This document shows, one piece after another, positions 52,964 through 63,011 of a DNA stretch of 64,000 bases. How positions within the stretch are numbered: position 1 is the first letter of the stretch; every line of letters begins with the position of its first letter. The stretch lies in assembly GCF_000143415.4 (NCBI RefSeq), contig NW_003314318.1, forward strand, positions 372,001 to 436,000, given 5' to 3'. The stretch is from Selaginella moellendorffii (taxonomy: Eukaryota > Plantae > Lycopodiophyta). The notes beneath the pieces are model-generated. The model ran no database searches, was not told the DNA's origin, and saw only the letters and a program-made list of their open reading frames with translations. Position numbers and translations under genes: made by a program.

Positions 52964-55349
52964 ATGGCAGCTCGGTCTCTTCTCCAGGCTGCTTATGGGC
53001 CCGCGTCGGCGGTGATGAGGGATTGGGATTGTTACAGATGGATCACTATCTTCGGAGGATTCGTGGCCGTCGCCTTGGCTTGTGCTGCCGGCGCCAACGA
53101 CGTGGCGGCATCGGTAAGAGTGCTCATCCCCCCCCCTTTTTTTTACACGATCGATTCTAGCTTAGTTTTCTCTCTACAGTTTGGCACGTCGATTGGCTCT
53201 GGAGCATTGTCCATGACCCAAGCAACGATGATGGCTTCGCTGATGGAGTTCATTGGCGCCACGGTCATGGGCGATCGGAACCTCGATTCGATGCAATTTA
53301 ATCTGGTGAGTCTTTTCTTCTACGCTCTTGAGTCGCTATAGCTTTGGTTTTTTTTCTTTTTTCTCTCTACCAGATACTAAGAGAGAGGCCACCTGATGCC
53401 GGGCTTTTTATGTGGGGACTCTTCATTGCCATAATAGCTGCAAGTAAACTATCGCATCTTCGTTTGGTTCAACTACTAACGAGCGTGTTTGCAGCTGTGT
53501 GCCTGGCATTTGCAACGTACTTAGAGCTACCAGTTTCTTCCACTCTGGCCGTGATTGGCGGCATCATTGGGATGGCTTTGACAGCGCGAGGACTACAGGC
53601 GATCTACTGGAACGGAAGACCTGTAAGTACCTAGTGGTGAGTTTTCTAGCTACGGATAATGAAATCGTTGTCCTTCAGGACGGGTATAAGCTCGCAGGGA
53701 ATATCGGGGGAGTGCTTGAGATTATCTTGTCCTGGTTTCTAGCGCCTCTAATCGCTGCGGTCGCGTCCTTCCTCTTTTTCGGGTTTACAAAGATGATCTT
53801 TTTGAGGACGGAGCACGCGGGAAAGCGGATACTCCAGTTCATGCCGGTGTATTATGGCTTGACAGTTATGGTGCTGATATTCTTTGTCATATACAAGGTT
53901 AGTCGCGGTCATTTTCGTTCTTAATTTTCTAACTTCAAAGCACGGCCACGGCAGGGAGCCTCTAGATCCAGTCTTCATGACTGGCCTGCGGGGAGGGCAG
54001 CTCTTATTGCAGGGCTATCTGGCATTTTGGCTACTTTATTGGCATTTGTAAGTCGATTTCTTTCTTCTGTATTGATGTTTAGTAACTTACAAGTTATTCT
54101 ACCTGCAGGTGATTGTTGTGCCATTAGTCCATAAACAATTACGCGCTGCTAATAAGGATAGCGCTGTATCTGAGGAGCCTACGCAACCGATTGCCATCGC
54201 CATTGCACCGGAAAAGGAAGCTCCGCCTGGGCCTCACGATCATTCAACACAACAACAAGAGCAAGACATGAGTCCGGAGGAGATGATAAAGCAATTCAAC
54301 CAGCTTAGAGTACTGGACACCGTCTATGAAGGAGAAGACGAGGGTAACGCAAGCCCGGACGTCTCTGTGAGGTGTAGTCCTATGTGTGGACCAGGCAAGC
54401 TCTCCTTTGGACAACTACTAGCACGAACACCTAACAGGCACAGGACGTTCAAGCGCATCAGACGTCCGAAAAAACTGACTGCCCGACAGAAGGTGCTGAA
54501 GTTCCTTCACAGAATCAAATCTGCCACAATCAGCCACGTAAGAGGTTTACATATTTCGCATGTTCTCCTTCTTACTAGCCTATCTGTTCCGCAGAAAATA
54601 GACTACGATCGCGACGTAATTGTTCGCCACGCCCTCGCTGAGAAGTTCGACGACAAAGTCGAAGAGCTATTCAGCTTTTTGCAAGTCCTTACAGCATGCG
54701 TTGCCTCGTAAGCTTGATAATTTTTTTTGAGTTTCAGATACAGTTGTGTGTGTCAGGTTTGCGCATGGATCCAACGATGTTGCAGCCATCATGGGCCCGT
54801 ATGCTGCTGTGGTCCAGATATTTAATCACCGGCCTGATGTTCCAAACCGGGATATCGATGTAAGTTTGACCCGGCAGCTTAGAAACAAAGCACTGACCGT
54901 TTGCTGTGTACTTCAGGTCTGGATCCTCGCAATGGCTGGGATAGGCGTGTCACTTGGATTTGCACTGTTTGGATGGAAACTTTCGCGGTGCCTTGGTGGC
55001 CGCCTGACGTTTATGACGCCGTCCCGGGGTTACAGCGCACAATTGTGTGCCTTGGCGACGATTCTCTTCGCGTCAAGGACAGAGCTTCCCATCTCGACGA
55101 CACACGTTGTGGTGGGCGCTATTGTTGGCGTTGGAGCCGCAGATAACATCAAGGTAAGTGAAATGGTCGTCTCTCATTCTTTAGTTTTCCTCTTGTGCTC
55201 AACAAATTCTGTTTTTGCTGTAGAATGTCAACTGGAAGCTGGTCATGGCTTTTGTGATGGCCTGGATCGCAACGCTTGTGAGTGCTTGTGGGATTGCCGC
55301 TGCCTTGTACTCGTTTACGGTGTTCTCTCCAGCTTACACTGTGGCCTAA
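52964..55349 (+). CDS. PiT/PHO4-family phosphate symporter, PTB/PHO89-like (no plastid transit peptide, long central loop), multi-exon
   Basis: Two PiT signatures GANDVAASFGTSIGSG and FAHGSNDVA, plus LPVSST, SWFLAP, HALAEKFDDKVEELFSFLQVLTAC, TPSRGYSAQL, LPISTTHVVVGAIVGVG. Stop TAA at 55349. Confidence 0.92.
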
Positions 55350-55564
55350 GGCAAGAGTTTTTAATTTTTTTTCGTTCTCTAGAGGGAAACGAGGTTCTGC
55401 TTACGACTGGAACCCGTTGTTTGTACAGTGTTTTCAAGCCAAATAATTGTGTGGCTGTTTTTGCGAGAAAATTATTTGGAAAGTTTTAATGGAACGCACT
55501 TGAGAGGTACTGTGACAAAAATTCGAGCTCAGACATTGCGATTCTATAGATTGGCAAATCTTAG

Positions 55565-57769
55565 CTAAGATTTGCCAACTTTGGTGACAGCACTTGACAA
55601 AAGCAAATAAGAACTGGGGTTCTTGGCATCAATCCTGGCCAAATTCTCCGCGGCCCAGCGAGCAAGCCCAGCATTTTCGTGAACCTTAGAACACCCCAGC
55701 AAAGTCTTCCACGCCACAGCATCCGGCACAAACGGCATCACACCCACAAGCTCCCCCGCCTCCGCCACCTTTCCGGACCTCCCCAACACGTCCACCATGC
55801 AGATATAGTGATCCAAGCTCGCCGCGATCCCGTAGTCGCCAGCCATGGCCACGAAGTGGTACCGCGCGTCCTTGGCCAGGCCCGCGTGGCTGCACGCCGC
55901 CAAGACGCTGATAAACGTGACGTCCGTCGGCAGTATACCATCGAGAGCCATGACGCCAAAGAGCTCCAGCGATTCCTTGCTGTGGCCGCTCTGCGCGTAG
56001 GCCGCGATCATCGCCGAGAAGAGCACCAGATCTCCGCGCTGGGACGCTGCAACCGCGTCGAAGATGGCCCGAGCTTCCGCAAGCTTGCCACACTTTCCAT
56101 ACATGTTGACGAGCGAGGTTCTCACGGCCGGATGGTTTAGCAGCTGGTTCTCGCCAGAGCGTTCCAGGGCCGTGTGGATTCTTCGTCCGGTGGCGAGCTG
56201 GGATGGAGTGGTGCAAGCCTCGAAGACGCAGACCAGCGTGATCTCGTTCGCTCGGCCGCCTTCCAGGTCCATGAGGAGGAAGAGCATCACTCCGGATGAA
56301 TTCTCTCCGTAGCGGACGTATGCCGAGATCATCGCGTTCCAGGGGGCAACGAGCGAGAGCTTGTCCGGCATCGCGTCGAACGTAGCCCGGGCTTGATCCA
56401 GGAGATTGTTTTGCGCGTAGGCTGCCACCATCGTCGTCCACAGCACGCCATCTCTGTGCTCCATCCTCTCGAACAGGCTCCTGGCGAGCTCCATTCGTCC
56501 ACACCTGCCGTGCATGCAAACGAGCGCGTTCCCGACCGTCACGTCTTGCCAGAGGCCACTCGAAGTCACTGCCGCGTCGATCTCCTCCCCGGCTGCCGAG
56601 TTCTTGAGGTTCCCGCAAACGTCGAGCATCGTCACAAAGGTGACTTTGTCCGGCGGCTCGCGAGCTTCCAAGTCCATGATCGCGAAGAGCGTTAGAGCTT
56701 CTTGGAGGTGTCCGCTGTGAGCGTAGCCTGCTAAGAGGGTGTTCCAGGAAGCCGTGTTCCTGAGCTCCATTCGATCGAACAAGCCCCTGGCTTCCGCGAT
56801 TTCACCAGCTTGGATGTAAGCAGCGATCATTGTGTTCCAGGAAATGATACTCTTCCGCTTCGTGCTCTCGAAGAGCTCCCTGGCTTGTGGCAAGTGTTTG
56901 TTCTGAGCGTACGCTGTGATCATCGCGTTGGTAGCCACCACGTCTCGGCTAGGAAGCGCATGGAACACCGCCAAGGCATCGTCCAGGCTTCCACACTTCC
57001 CATACATGTTGAGAACCGTGGTGGCGACCATGATATCCGACTGGAAGCCACTCTCGATCACCAAGCAGTGAACTATCCTGGCCTGAGAAAGCACTCCAGC
57101 GTTAGCGCAAGCGTTGAGCACTGCGAGGAAGCTCACCTTGTTGGGCTGGAATCCACTCAAGTCCATCGTCTTAAACATGTAGAGAGCTTCCGCGGGATGC
57201 CCGTTCTGGGCATACGTGACGATGATGGTGTTCCAAGAGATGACTGTCCTCTCGATCATCTTATCGAAGAGCTTTCTCGCTTCCAGCACACGCCCGACGA
57301 GAGAGTAAGCCGTGATCATCGCATTCCAGGAGGAGGAGCTCTTCAGTGGCATTCGATCAAACACCTCAGCCGCTTCTTGGAGATGCCCGTTCTGGGCATA
57401 CGCCGCCAGCATCACATTCCAGGAGAACACGTCCCTTCTCTTGAGATTGTTGAAAACTTCCAGAGCCTCTTGCAATCTCCCGCAGCTGCCATACATTCTC
57501 ACGAGCAAGTTCCCCAGAAATGGATCCTCCCCATGCCCGGAACTCGCTACAAGCTCGTGAATCTTCCGGCCTTCTGCAAGAGCCTTAGCACTGCCACAAT
57601 GTCGTAGAAGATCTGCGTAAGTTGTAGTGTCCACCGGCCGACCACCAAGCTCCAACCTCTCTACGGCATCCTTGATCCCCGCCCTGTCCATCTGCTCCGT
57701 CCGATCATCCCGGCATTCAAGCTTCCTGGAGAACTCTGGCCTTAGCGTCCCACATCCCAACGCTGCCAT
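55565..57769 (-). CDS. PLS-E class PPR protein (real start may be the ATG at 57691)
   Basis: Intronless 734 aa. TYADLLRHCGSAKALAEGRKIH N-terminal motif, P/L/S/SS repeats, FISVLAACSHAGL, HYICMVDVLGRSG, MPFVPDAVAWKTLLGCSKVH, SSYLLLS. No DYW. Confidence 0.92.
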   Translation of the reverse strand: MAALGCGTLRPEFSRKLECRDDRTEQMDRAGIKDAVERLELGGRPVDTTTYADLLRHCGSAKALAEGRKIHELVASSGHGEDPFLGNLLVRMYGSCGRLQEALEVFNNLKRRDVFSWNVMLAAYAQNGHLQEAAEVFDRMPLKSSSSWNAMITAYSLVGRVLEARKLFDKMIERTVISWNTIIVTYAQNGHPAEALYMFKTMDLSGFQPNKVSFLAVLNACANAGVLSQARIVHCLVIESGFQSDIMVATTVLNMYGKCGSLDDALAVFHALPSRDVVATNAMITAYAQNKHLPQARELFESTKRKSIISWNTMIAAYIQAGEIAEARGLFDRMELRNTASWNTLLAGYAHSGHLQEALTLFAIMDLEAREPPDKVTFVTMLDVCGNLKNSAAGEEIDAAVTSSGLWQDVTVGNALVCMHGRCGRMELARSLFERMEHRDGVLWTTMVAAYAQNNLLDQARATFDAMPDKLSLVAPWNAMISAYVRYGENSSGVMLFLLMDLEGGRANEITLVCVFEACTTPSQLATGRRIHTALERSGENQLLNHPAVRTSLVNMYGKCGKLAEARAIFDAVAASQRGDLVLFSAMIAAYAQSGHSKESLELFGVMALDGILPTDVTFISVLAACSHAGLAKDARYHFVAMAGDYGIAASLDHYICMVDVLGRSGKVAEAGELVGVMPFVPDAVAWKTLLGCSKVHENAGLARWAAENLARIDAKNPSSYLLLSSAVTKVGKS

Positions 57770-60629
57770 AGATGTTAGCCATGAGCACTCGAGCAGCGGG
57801 CTGTTCTTCGTCCAGCTCTAGCAACGCATCGAAGGCAACCTTCGCCACTTCTACGTTCTTCCACTTCTGGCAAGCACTGAGCACGGTCGTCCACGAGACG
57901 GTGTTTGCGACCACTGGCATCTCTTTCACCATCGCCACTGCTTCTTCGAGCCTGTTCGATCTGCCCAGGATGTCGACCAAGCAGTGGTAGTGTTCCATGC
58001 CGGGATCGAGTCCATGGATAGATTTCATAGCCTCGAAGTAGCGCTTGCCTTGATCGACTAGGCCGGAGTGGCTGCACGCTGTGAGAAGGCACAGGAACGT
58101 AACTCCATCCGGACGAACTCGAGGACGTGAAGTCATCATCCTGTCAAAAGCTTGGAACAGTGCCTCTGTATCTCCCTGGCGGCTGTATCCTGTTAGAAGC
58201 GCATTCCAGGCCACGATATCTTTCGTGACGATCGACGAGAAAACTTGCTCGGCATCCACCATGCTCCCACACTTGCCGTAGAAATCCACCAGCGAGGTAG
58301 CGATGACCACATCACCGTCGAGTCCCAGGTCTCGGATTTTCCCATGAAGTGTTCTTCCGATGTCTAGAGCTCCAACGCAGCCGCAAGCTTTGAGTGACGC
58401 CAGGAACGTCCGGGAGTCGTGAGCACAGCCTTCCAGCTCCATGGGAACAAAGAGCTCGAGAGCTGCCTCGCCTTGGTCGTTGTCCGCGTAGCCTGATATC
58501 AGCGAGTTCCACGATACCACATCGTGGCGTCGCATCCCATCGAAGACTCGCCGAGAATCCACCATGCTTCCACACTTCGCGTACATGTCGACTAGAGAGT
58601 TGGCAACGAACAAGTCCCACTGGAAGCCATAGCTCGAAGCTCGCAAGTGGACAGTAATTCCTTTCTCCAGAGCACACATCTTCGCAACTTTTCCTTCGAG
58701 TTCCCTGCCTTCTTCAGCTTCCGCTAGAACCGCACACGCCTTGAGAGCAGCCACGAAGGTCCGAGAAGTTGGCTGGCAGCGCTTTTCCATGAGAGAGAAG
58801 AGCTCCAAAGCTGACTCTGCCTCCTTGTTTTCGGCGTACCCGAGCATCATCGCGTTCCAAGAGACGATGCTACGAGCGGGTAGCCTATCGAACAGCCTCC
58901 GAGCATCTGGCAAACTTCCACAGTTCGCATACAAGTCGAGCAGTGTGTTCCCGAGCACCACGTCCAAGTCGCAACTCTTGTTCGCGGCTTGCTGATGGAT
59001 CCAAAATGCTGTCTCTAGTGACCTCATCTTCACCAGCTTCCCACCGATTCCCCTGCCTTCTTCTCTCGCTGCCTGATTCGTGCAAGCTTTGAGAGCAGCC
59101 ACGAAAGTGAGCGAATTAACATAGCAGTCTTCAAGGCCAGAAAAAAGCTCCAGCGCTACCTGAGGCTGATCACTCTCGGCATGTCCTAGGATCAGAGCAG
59201 TCCAGGAGACGACGTCCCGACGGCTTATCCGGTCGAAAACCCGTTGAGAATCGTGAAGGCTCCCACACTTTGCGTACGCGTCCACGAGCGTGTTGGCAAT
59301 GAAGTTGTCGGAGTCGTGCTTAGCTCTTGCAGCCCGGGAATGGATTGCCATAGTTTTCTCCAGTAGCATCATCTTTGCCCGAGGCTCAGTTTCTCTGGAA
59401 GCCAAGCTCGAGCAAGCCTTGAGTGCAGCGACGTAAGTGAGAGCGTTTGGAGTACAACCATCTGCTTGCATAGCTTCGAACAGATCTAGAGCTACTGAGC
59501 CTCGTCCATTCTCAGCATAACCCAGGATGAGAGCCGTCCATGATATAACATCACGCTGCTGAGCTATCGCCTCAAAAACTCGACGAGCGTCAACCATGCT
59601 CCCACACTTTGCGTAAGTATCCACGAAAGTGTTGGCGACAAAGATGTTGCTCTCGTAACCAGCTGATTTTGCTTGACTGTGAACAGCCTTGGCGCTTTCC
59701 AAACTTCTCACTTTGACAATCCTCCCATTCACTTCCCTGCCATCTTCCTTGATAGCGAGAGCTGTGCAGGCTTTGGCGGCAGCGACAAAAGTTCTGTTGT
59801 CCGGAAAGTTCTTGTTCTCGGCTTTCATAGCCGATAAGAGCCGTAGAGCGGCCTCCCCATCCTTGTTTCCCACGTAGCCAAGCATCAAAACGTTCCAGGA
59901 GATTGTATCACGCTGCATCGTGTCGAAGACGTTTCTCGCATCTACCATGCTTCCACACTTAGAGTACATATCAATGAGAGTGTTGCAGACGAAGATATCC
60001 GTGTCGAATCCAAACTTTGACGCTTGTGAGTGTATTTCCCGGCCTCTCTCCAGCGACACCACCTTTACAATCTCACTGCCCCTCACCTTCGCTTCTTCTC
60101 TTGCTGCCAGGCTTGAGCAAGCCTTGAGACCCGCCACAAAAGTTCTGGCATTCGGCTCACAGCCACCTTTCATCAGCTGGAACAATCTGAGAGCTTCTTG
60201 GGCCTCCCCATTCTCTGCGTATCCCAGAACGAGTGACGTCAACGAAACCACATCTGGACGCTGCATCTTGTCGAAGATCTTGCGCGCATCAGTCATGCTG
60301 CCACACTTCCCATACATGTCCACCAGGCTACTTGCGACGTAAACGTTGGAGTCGTCTCCATGCTCGAGAGCTGCCGAATGACACCTCCTTCCACTTTCCA
60401 GATTTCTTGAGCGACCACTTTCCTTGATAGCCGCAAGCAAGCAACGAATCCTCTGCTTCTTCTGCTCCTGCTGCTGCGGCTGCTCGCCTTTCCCATGGCC
60501 AGAAGCTCTGAATGGCTCTTGACGATGCAAGTTTGCGCTAAGTTTCAACATCACGTTGGCAGATGCAAAAAGTCCGTTCTTCTGTTTCAGCTCTCCTCCT
60601 GTTATCAAAACTATGAACAAAAGAAGCAA
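57717..60629 (-). CDS. PLS-E class PPR protein with lengthened L motifs (start uncertain; first ATG in the ORF at 60551)
   Basis: 970-aa ORF with P-L-S triplets, FLCLLTACSHSGLVDQG, EHYHCLVDILGRS, E motif WTTVLSACQKWKNV...LMANIYG. Same subfamily as 18350-21418. Confidence 0.92.
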   Translation of the reverse strand: MLLLFIVLITGGELKQKNGLFASANVMLKLSANLHRQEPFRASGHGKGEQPQQQEQKKQRIRCLLAAIKESGRSRNLESGRRCHSAALEHGDDSNVYVASSLVDMYGKCGSMTDARKIFDKMQRPDVVSLTSLVLGYAENGEAQEALRLFQLMKGGCEPNARTFVAGLKACSSLAAREEAKVRGSEIVKVVSLERGREIHSQASKFGFDTDIFVCNTLIDMYSKCGSMVDARNVFDTMQRDTISWNVLMLGYVGNKDGEAALRLLSAMKAENKNFPDNRTFVAAAKACTALAIKEDGREVNGRIVKVRSLESAKAVHSQAKSAGYESNIFVANTFVDTYAKCGSMVDARRVFEAIAQQRDVISWTALILGYAENGRGSVALDLFEAMQADGCTPNALTYVAALKACSSLASRETEPRAKMMLLEKTMAIHSRAARAKHDSDNFIANTLVDAYAKCGSLHDSQRVFDRISRRDVVSWTALILGHAESDQPQVALELFSGLEDCYVNSLTFVAALKACTNQAAREEGRGIGGKLVKMRSLETAFWIHQQAANKSCDLDVVLGNTLLDLYANCGSLPDARRLFDRLPARSIVSWNAMMLGYAENKEAESALELFSLMEKRCQPTSRTFVAALKACAVLAEAEEGRELEGKVAKMCALEKGITVHLRASSYGFQWDLFVANSLVDMYAKCGSMVDSRRVFDGMRRHDVVSWNSLISGYADNDQGEAALELFVPMELEGCAHDSRTFLASLKACGCVGALDIGRTLHGKIRDLGLDGDVVIATSLVDFYGKCGSMVDAEQVFSSIVTKDIVAWNALLTGYSRQGDTEALFQAFDRMMTSRPRVRPDGVTFLCLLTACSHSGLVDQGKRYFEAMKSIHGLDPGMEHYHCLVDILGRSNRLEEAVAMVKEMPVVANTVSWTTVLSACQKWKNVEVAKVAFDALLELDEEQPAARVLMANIYGSVGMWDAKARVLQEA

Positions 60630-60883
60630 GGTGATGCTTACTTACATGATGCTTGCTAACAAGATCATGACTCCGTGGTAAAAATCTCTTGTCGAGAAAG
60701 CATAGTTGTGGTTTCTCGCTGGAAAAATTCACGAGTTTCCTGGAAACAAAAGAAAGAAACGTCACGATGCTTTCTCCACAAAGAGAAACCAAACAGGAAG
60801 CTAGCAAACAGACATAGAAAGGAGATACGTGGGGAAATTCTTTTTTTAAGTGTTAAGAACTAGCTTACCTATCCAATTGATCC

Positions 60884-61579
60884 ATGGCGGCCTCTTGCGG
60901 TAGCGCGGCGATGAAGCCCGTCCTGGTAGCGATGAAGGGGCATCCAGCCACAGGCAAGTCGACGCTCGGGGAATCCATGGCGAAATCCCTCCACTGGCCT
61001 CTGATCGACAAAGACGATGCCCGCGACTGCCTGTCGATGATGATCCAGGGCGAGGAGCAAGACGCGGCCAGGAAGAACAGGCTCGCCAAGCAGCTCAATG
61101 CCATCTCCTACGATATTATGTTCCGGATTGCCGAGACGCAGCTGCGATTGGGGCTGGGAGTGATCGTCGTGTGCCCGCTCGCCTGGCCCTGGCTCTTCCA
61201 CCAGTGCCAATCCATCGCGCGGCGCAATGGCGTCGAGATGATCATCGTGGAATGCGTGTGCCGCGACGAGATCCTGTGGAAGACGAGGCTGGAGCAGCGG
61301 GCAAAATCCGCGCTGCTGGAAGATCCACTACCCCCACAGATTTCGATCGCGACGGATTCCAGCCGCGAGGCGTGGGCCGATGGCGTCCAGAGCGTGTTCG
61401 ATGCGAGCACAAGCGTGTGGTGGCACAAGCCGAGGACGTGGGAGGAGCACCAGAAGAATGTGGCGAGGTACGAGGGGCAATGCGATTACGAGACTGGCGG
61501 CGTGAGGAAGATCGTGGTGGACACCTCTGCTGGTCCTTGCCTGGATAGCATTCTCCAGTTCTTGGCCCAAAAGCCCTAG
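60884..61579 (+). CDS. P-loop NTPase / predicted kinase (AAA_33-like)
   Basis: Walker A VAMKGHPATGKSTL, WPLIDKDD, SYDIMFRIAETQLRLGLGVIV, WKTRLEQR, WHKPRTW; intronless 231 aa. Confidence 0.85.
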   Translation: MAASCGSAAMKPVLVAMKGHPATGKSTLGESMAKSLHWPLIDKDDARDCLSMMIQGEEQDAARKNRLAKQLNAISYDIMFRIAETQLRLGLGVIVVCPLAWPWLFHQCQSIARRNGVEMIIVECVCRDEILWKTRLEQRAKSALLEDPLPPQISIATDSSREAWADGVQSVFDASTSVWWHKPRTWEEHQKNVARYEGQCDYETGGVRKIVVDTSAGPCLDSILQFLAQKP

Positions 61580-61652
61580 CATCGGTAAGAACCCTAAAGT
61601 TCAAATTCGGCGTTGCCGGGAGTCGAACTCTAGCGCGAAACGAAATAATACT

Positions 61653-61725
61653 TGGAGATGAGGGGCATCGATCCCCTTACCTATCGCATGCGAAGCGATC
61701 GCTCTTCCATCTGAGCTACGTCCCC
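61653..61725 (-). tRNA. tRNA-Ala (CGC)
   Basis: GGGGACGTAGCTCAGATGGAAGAGCGATCGCTTCGCATGCGATAGGTAAGGGGATCGATGCCCCTCATCTCCA, 73 nt. G3:U70 pair, GATCGAT T-loop, intact anticodon stem, one C6:A67 mismatch. Confidence 0.85.
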
Positions 61726-61818
61726 TTAACAGGCAACACTAAACTTAGTGTAATCCTTTTGTTAGTCAATTAAGCGGCCAGCAAAGTTTTAGATTTATCA
61801 TAATTAAAATGTTGTTAA

Positions 61819-61891
61819 GGGGGGGTAGCTCAGATGGTAGAGCGATCGCTTTGCTTGCCATAGGTAAGGGGATCGATGCCCCTCATCTCCA
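61819..61891 (+). tRNA. tRNA-Ala (TGC)-like copy, pseudogene or low-quality sequence
   Basis: GGGGGGGTAGCTCAGATGGTAGAGCGATCGCTTTGCTTGCCATAGGTAAGGGGATCGATGCCCCTCATCTCCA. Mismatches in the acceptor and anticodon stems; ends 6 bp from an N gap. Confidence 0.65.
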
Positions 61892-63011
61892 AGTATTNNN
61901 NNNNNNNNNNNNNNNNNNNNNNNNNNNNNNNNNNNNNNNNNNNNNNNNNNNNNNNNNNNNNNNNNNNNNNNNNNNNNNNNNNNNNNNNNNNNNNNNNAAA
62001 TCTAAAAAATGTTCTTTAGATAAAATAGATTGTAGTTTTCTTCTTTTTTTTTGACTCAAATAAAAAAAAACGAAGCGAAAAAAGGAAGGAATAACTCTAC
62101 CACCGTTGAAAGAGGCTTCTTTTGGATGGTCATTCTGAGTAGCTACTGGACAGCTTATAAACTAAAATCCCATGTTCATGAGATCATCAAAGCAATCAAA
62201 ATGTGAAATCTAGGACATGCCAACCACTAAGAAAATACTTTTGGCATTCGCACGGATTGAGCCTGGGTATTTCACGTGACAGCGGGAGAGATTCACCACT
62301 GTACTGTGAAGATATTATACATCTAAACATGTGCTTAAGCATCTAAGCTCCAGTGGAACACCTCACATGGTGTGCTGTTGGGACAATAACGTTTCGTCCC
62401 CGTTTTAAGAAAAACTACGAGAATTGACAAGGTAGAATACTCGGCTTGGAGAATTTTAAGCCTGGAACTTCACATGGAACCCCAGTTGGAATGCCAGCAC
62501 CACTCGCCACGAATCTTTAGTCGGAGAAATCTCGTCTTCACTACTTGTATTGAAAATGGATTCTTTGCGCCGGCTAGCAGAGAAATTGGTTCGCTGGGAT
62601 TGAAAGCCTGTCACACAACACAAGATACTCTAAGAGTAAACTTTAAGACTTTGAAAACACGAACCTCGAAAAACTGGTGCTACAAATCTCGGAAATCGAT
62701 CCATGCCCCGTGGAGCTTTTCGTTGGAGGATCACCTCCCTCGCAGGGAAGTTTTTCCACTGGCTAAGAAAAAGCATATAGAATCCTCTACAGTTTCCCGC
62801 AAGAAAAGTTCGATTCCTATGAATCGGTCAGCATCATTAAACAAGCAGGGAGTGAAAAAAGGAGGAGTCCATCGAGGCAAGTAGCAGCAAAGACGACAGT
62901 GACGATATAAAAATGGCTGCGGTCTCGCAAAAGAAGTGCCGCACAAAGCAAGCATCAGGATGCAAAGTCGTCTTTGAGAGATACCTGGAGTGATTGGAAG
63001 CTATAGCTTAG

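Noticed and set aside
61609-61630. tRNA T-arm-like fragment GAGTTCGACTCCCGGCAACGCC on the minus strand
   Set aside because: Only ~22 nt, with no D or anticodon arm; cannot support a gene.
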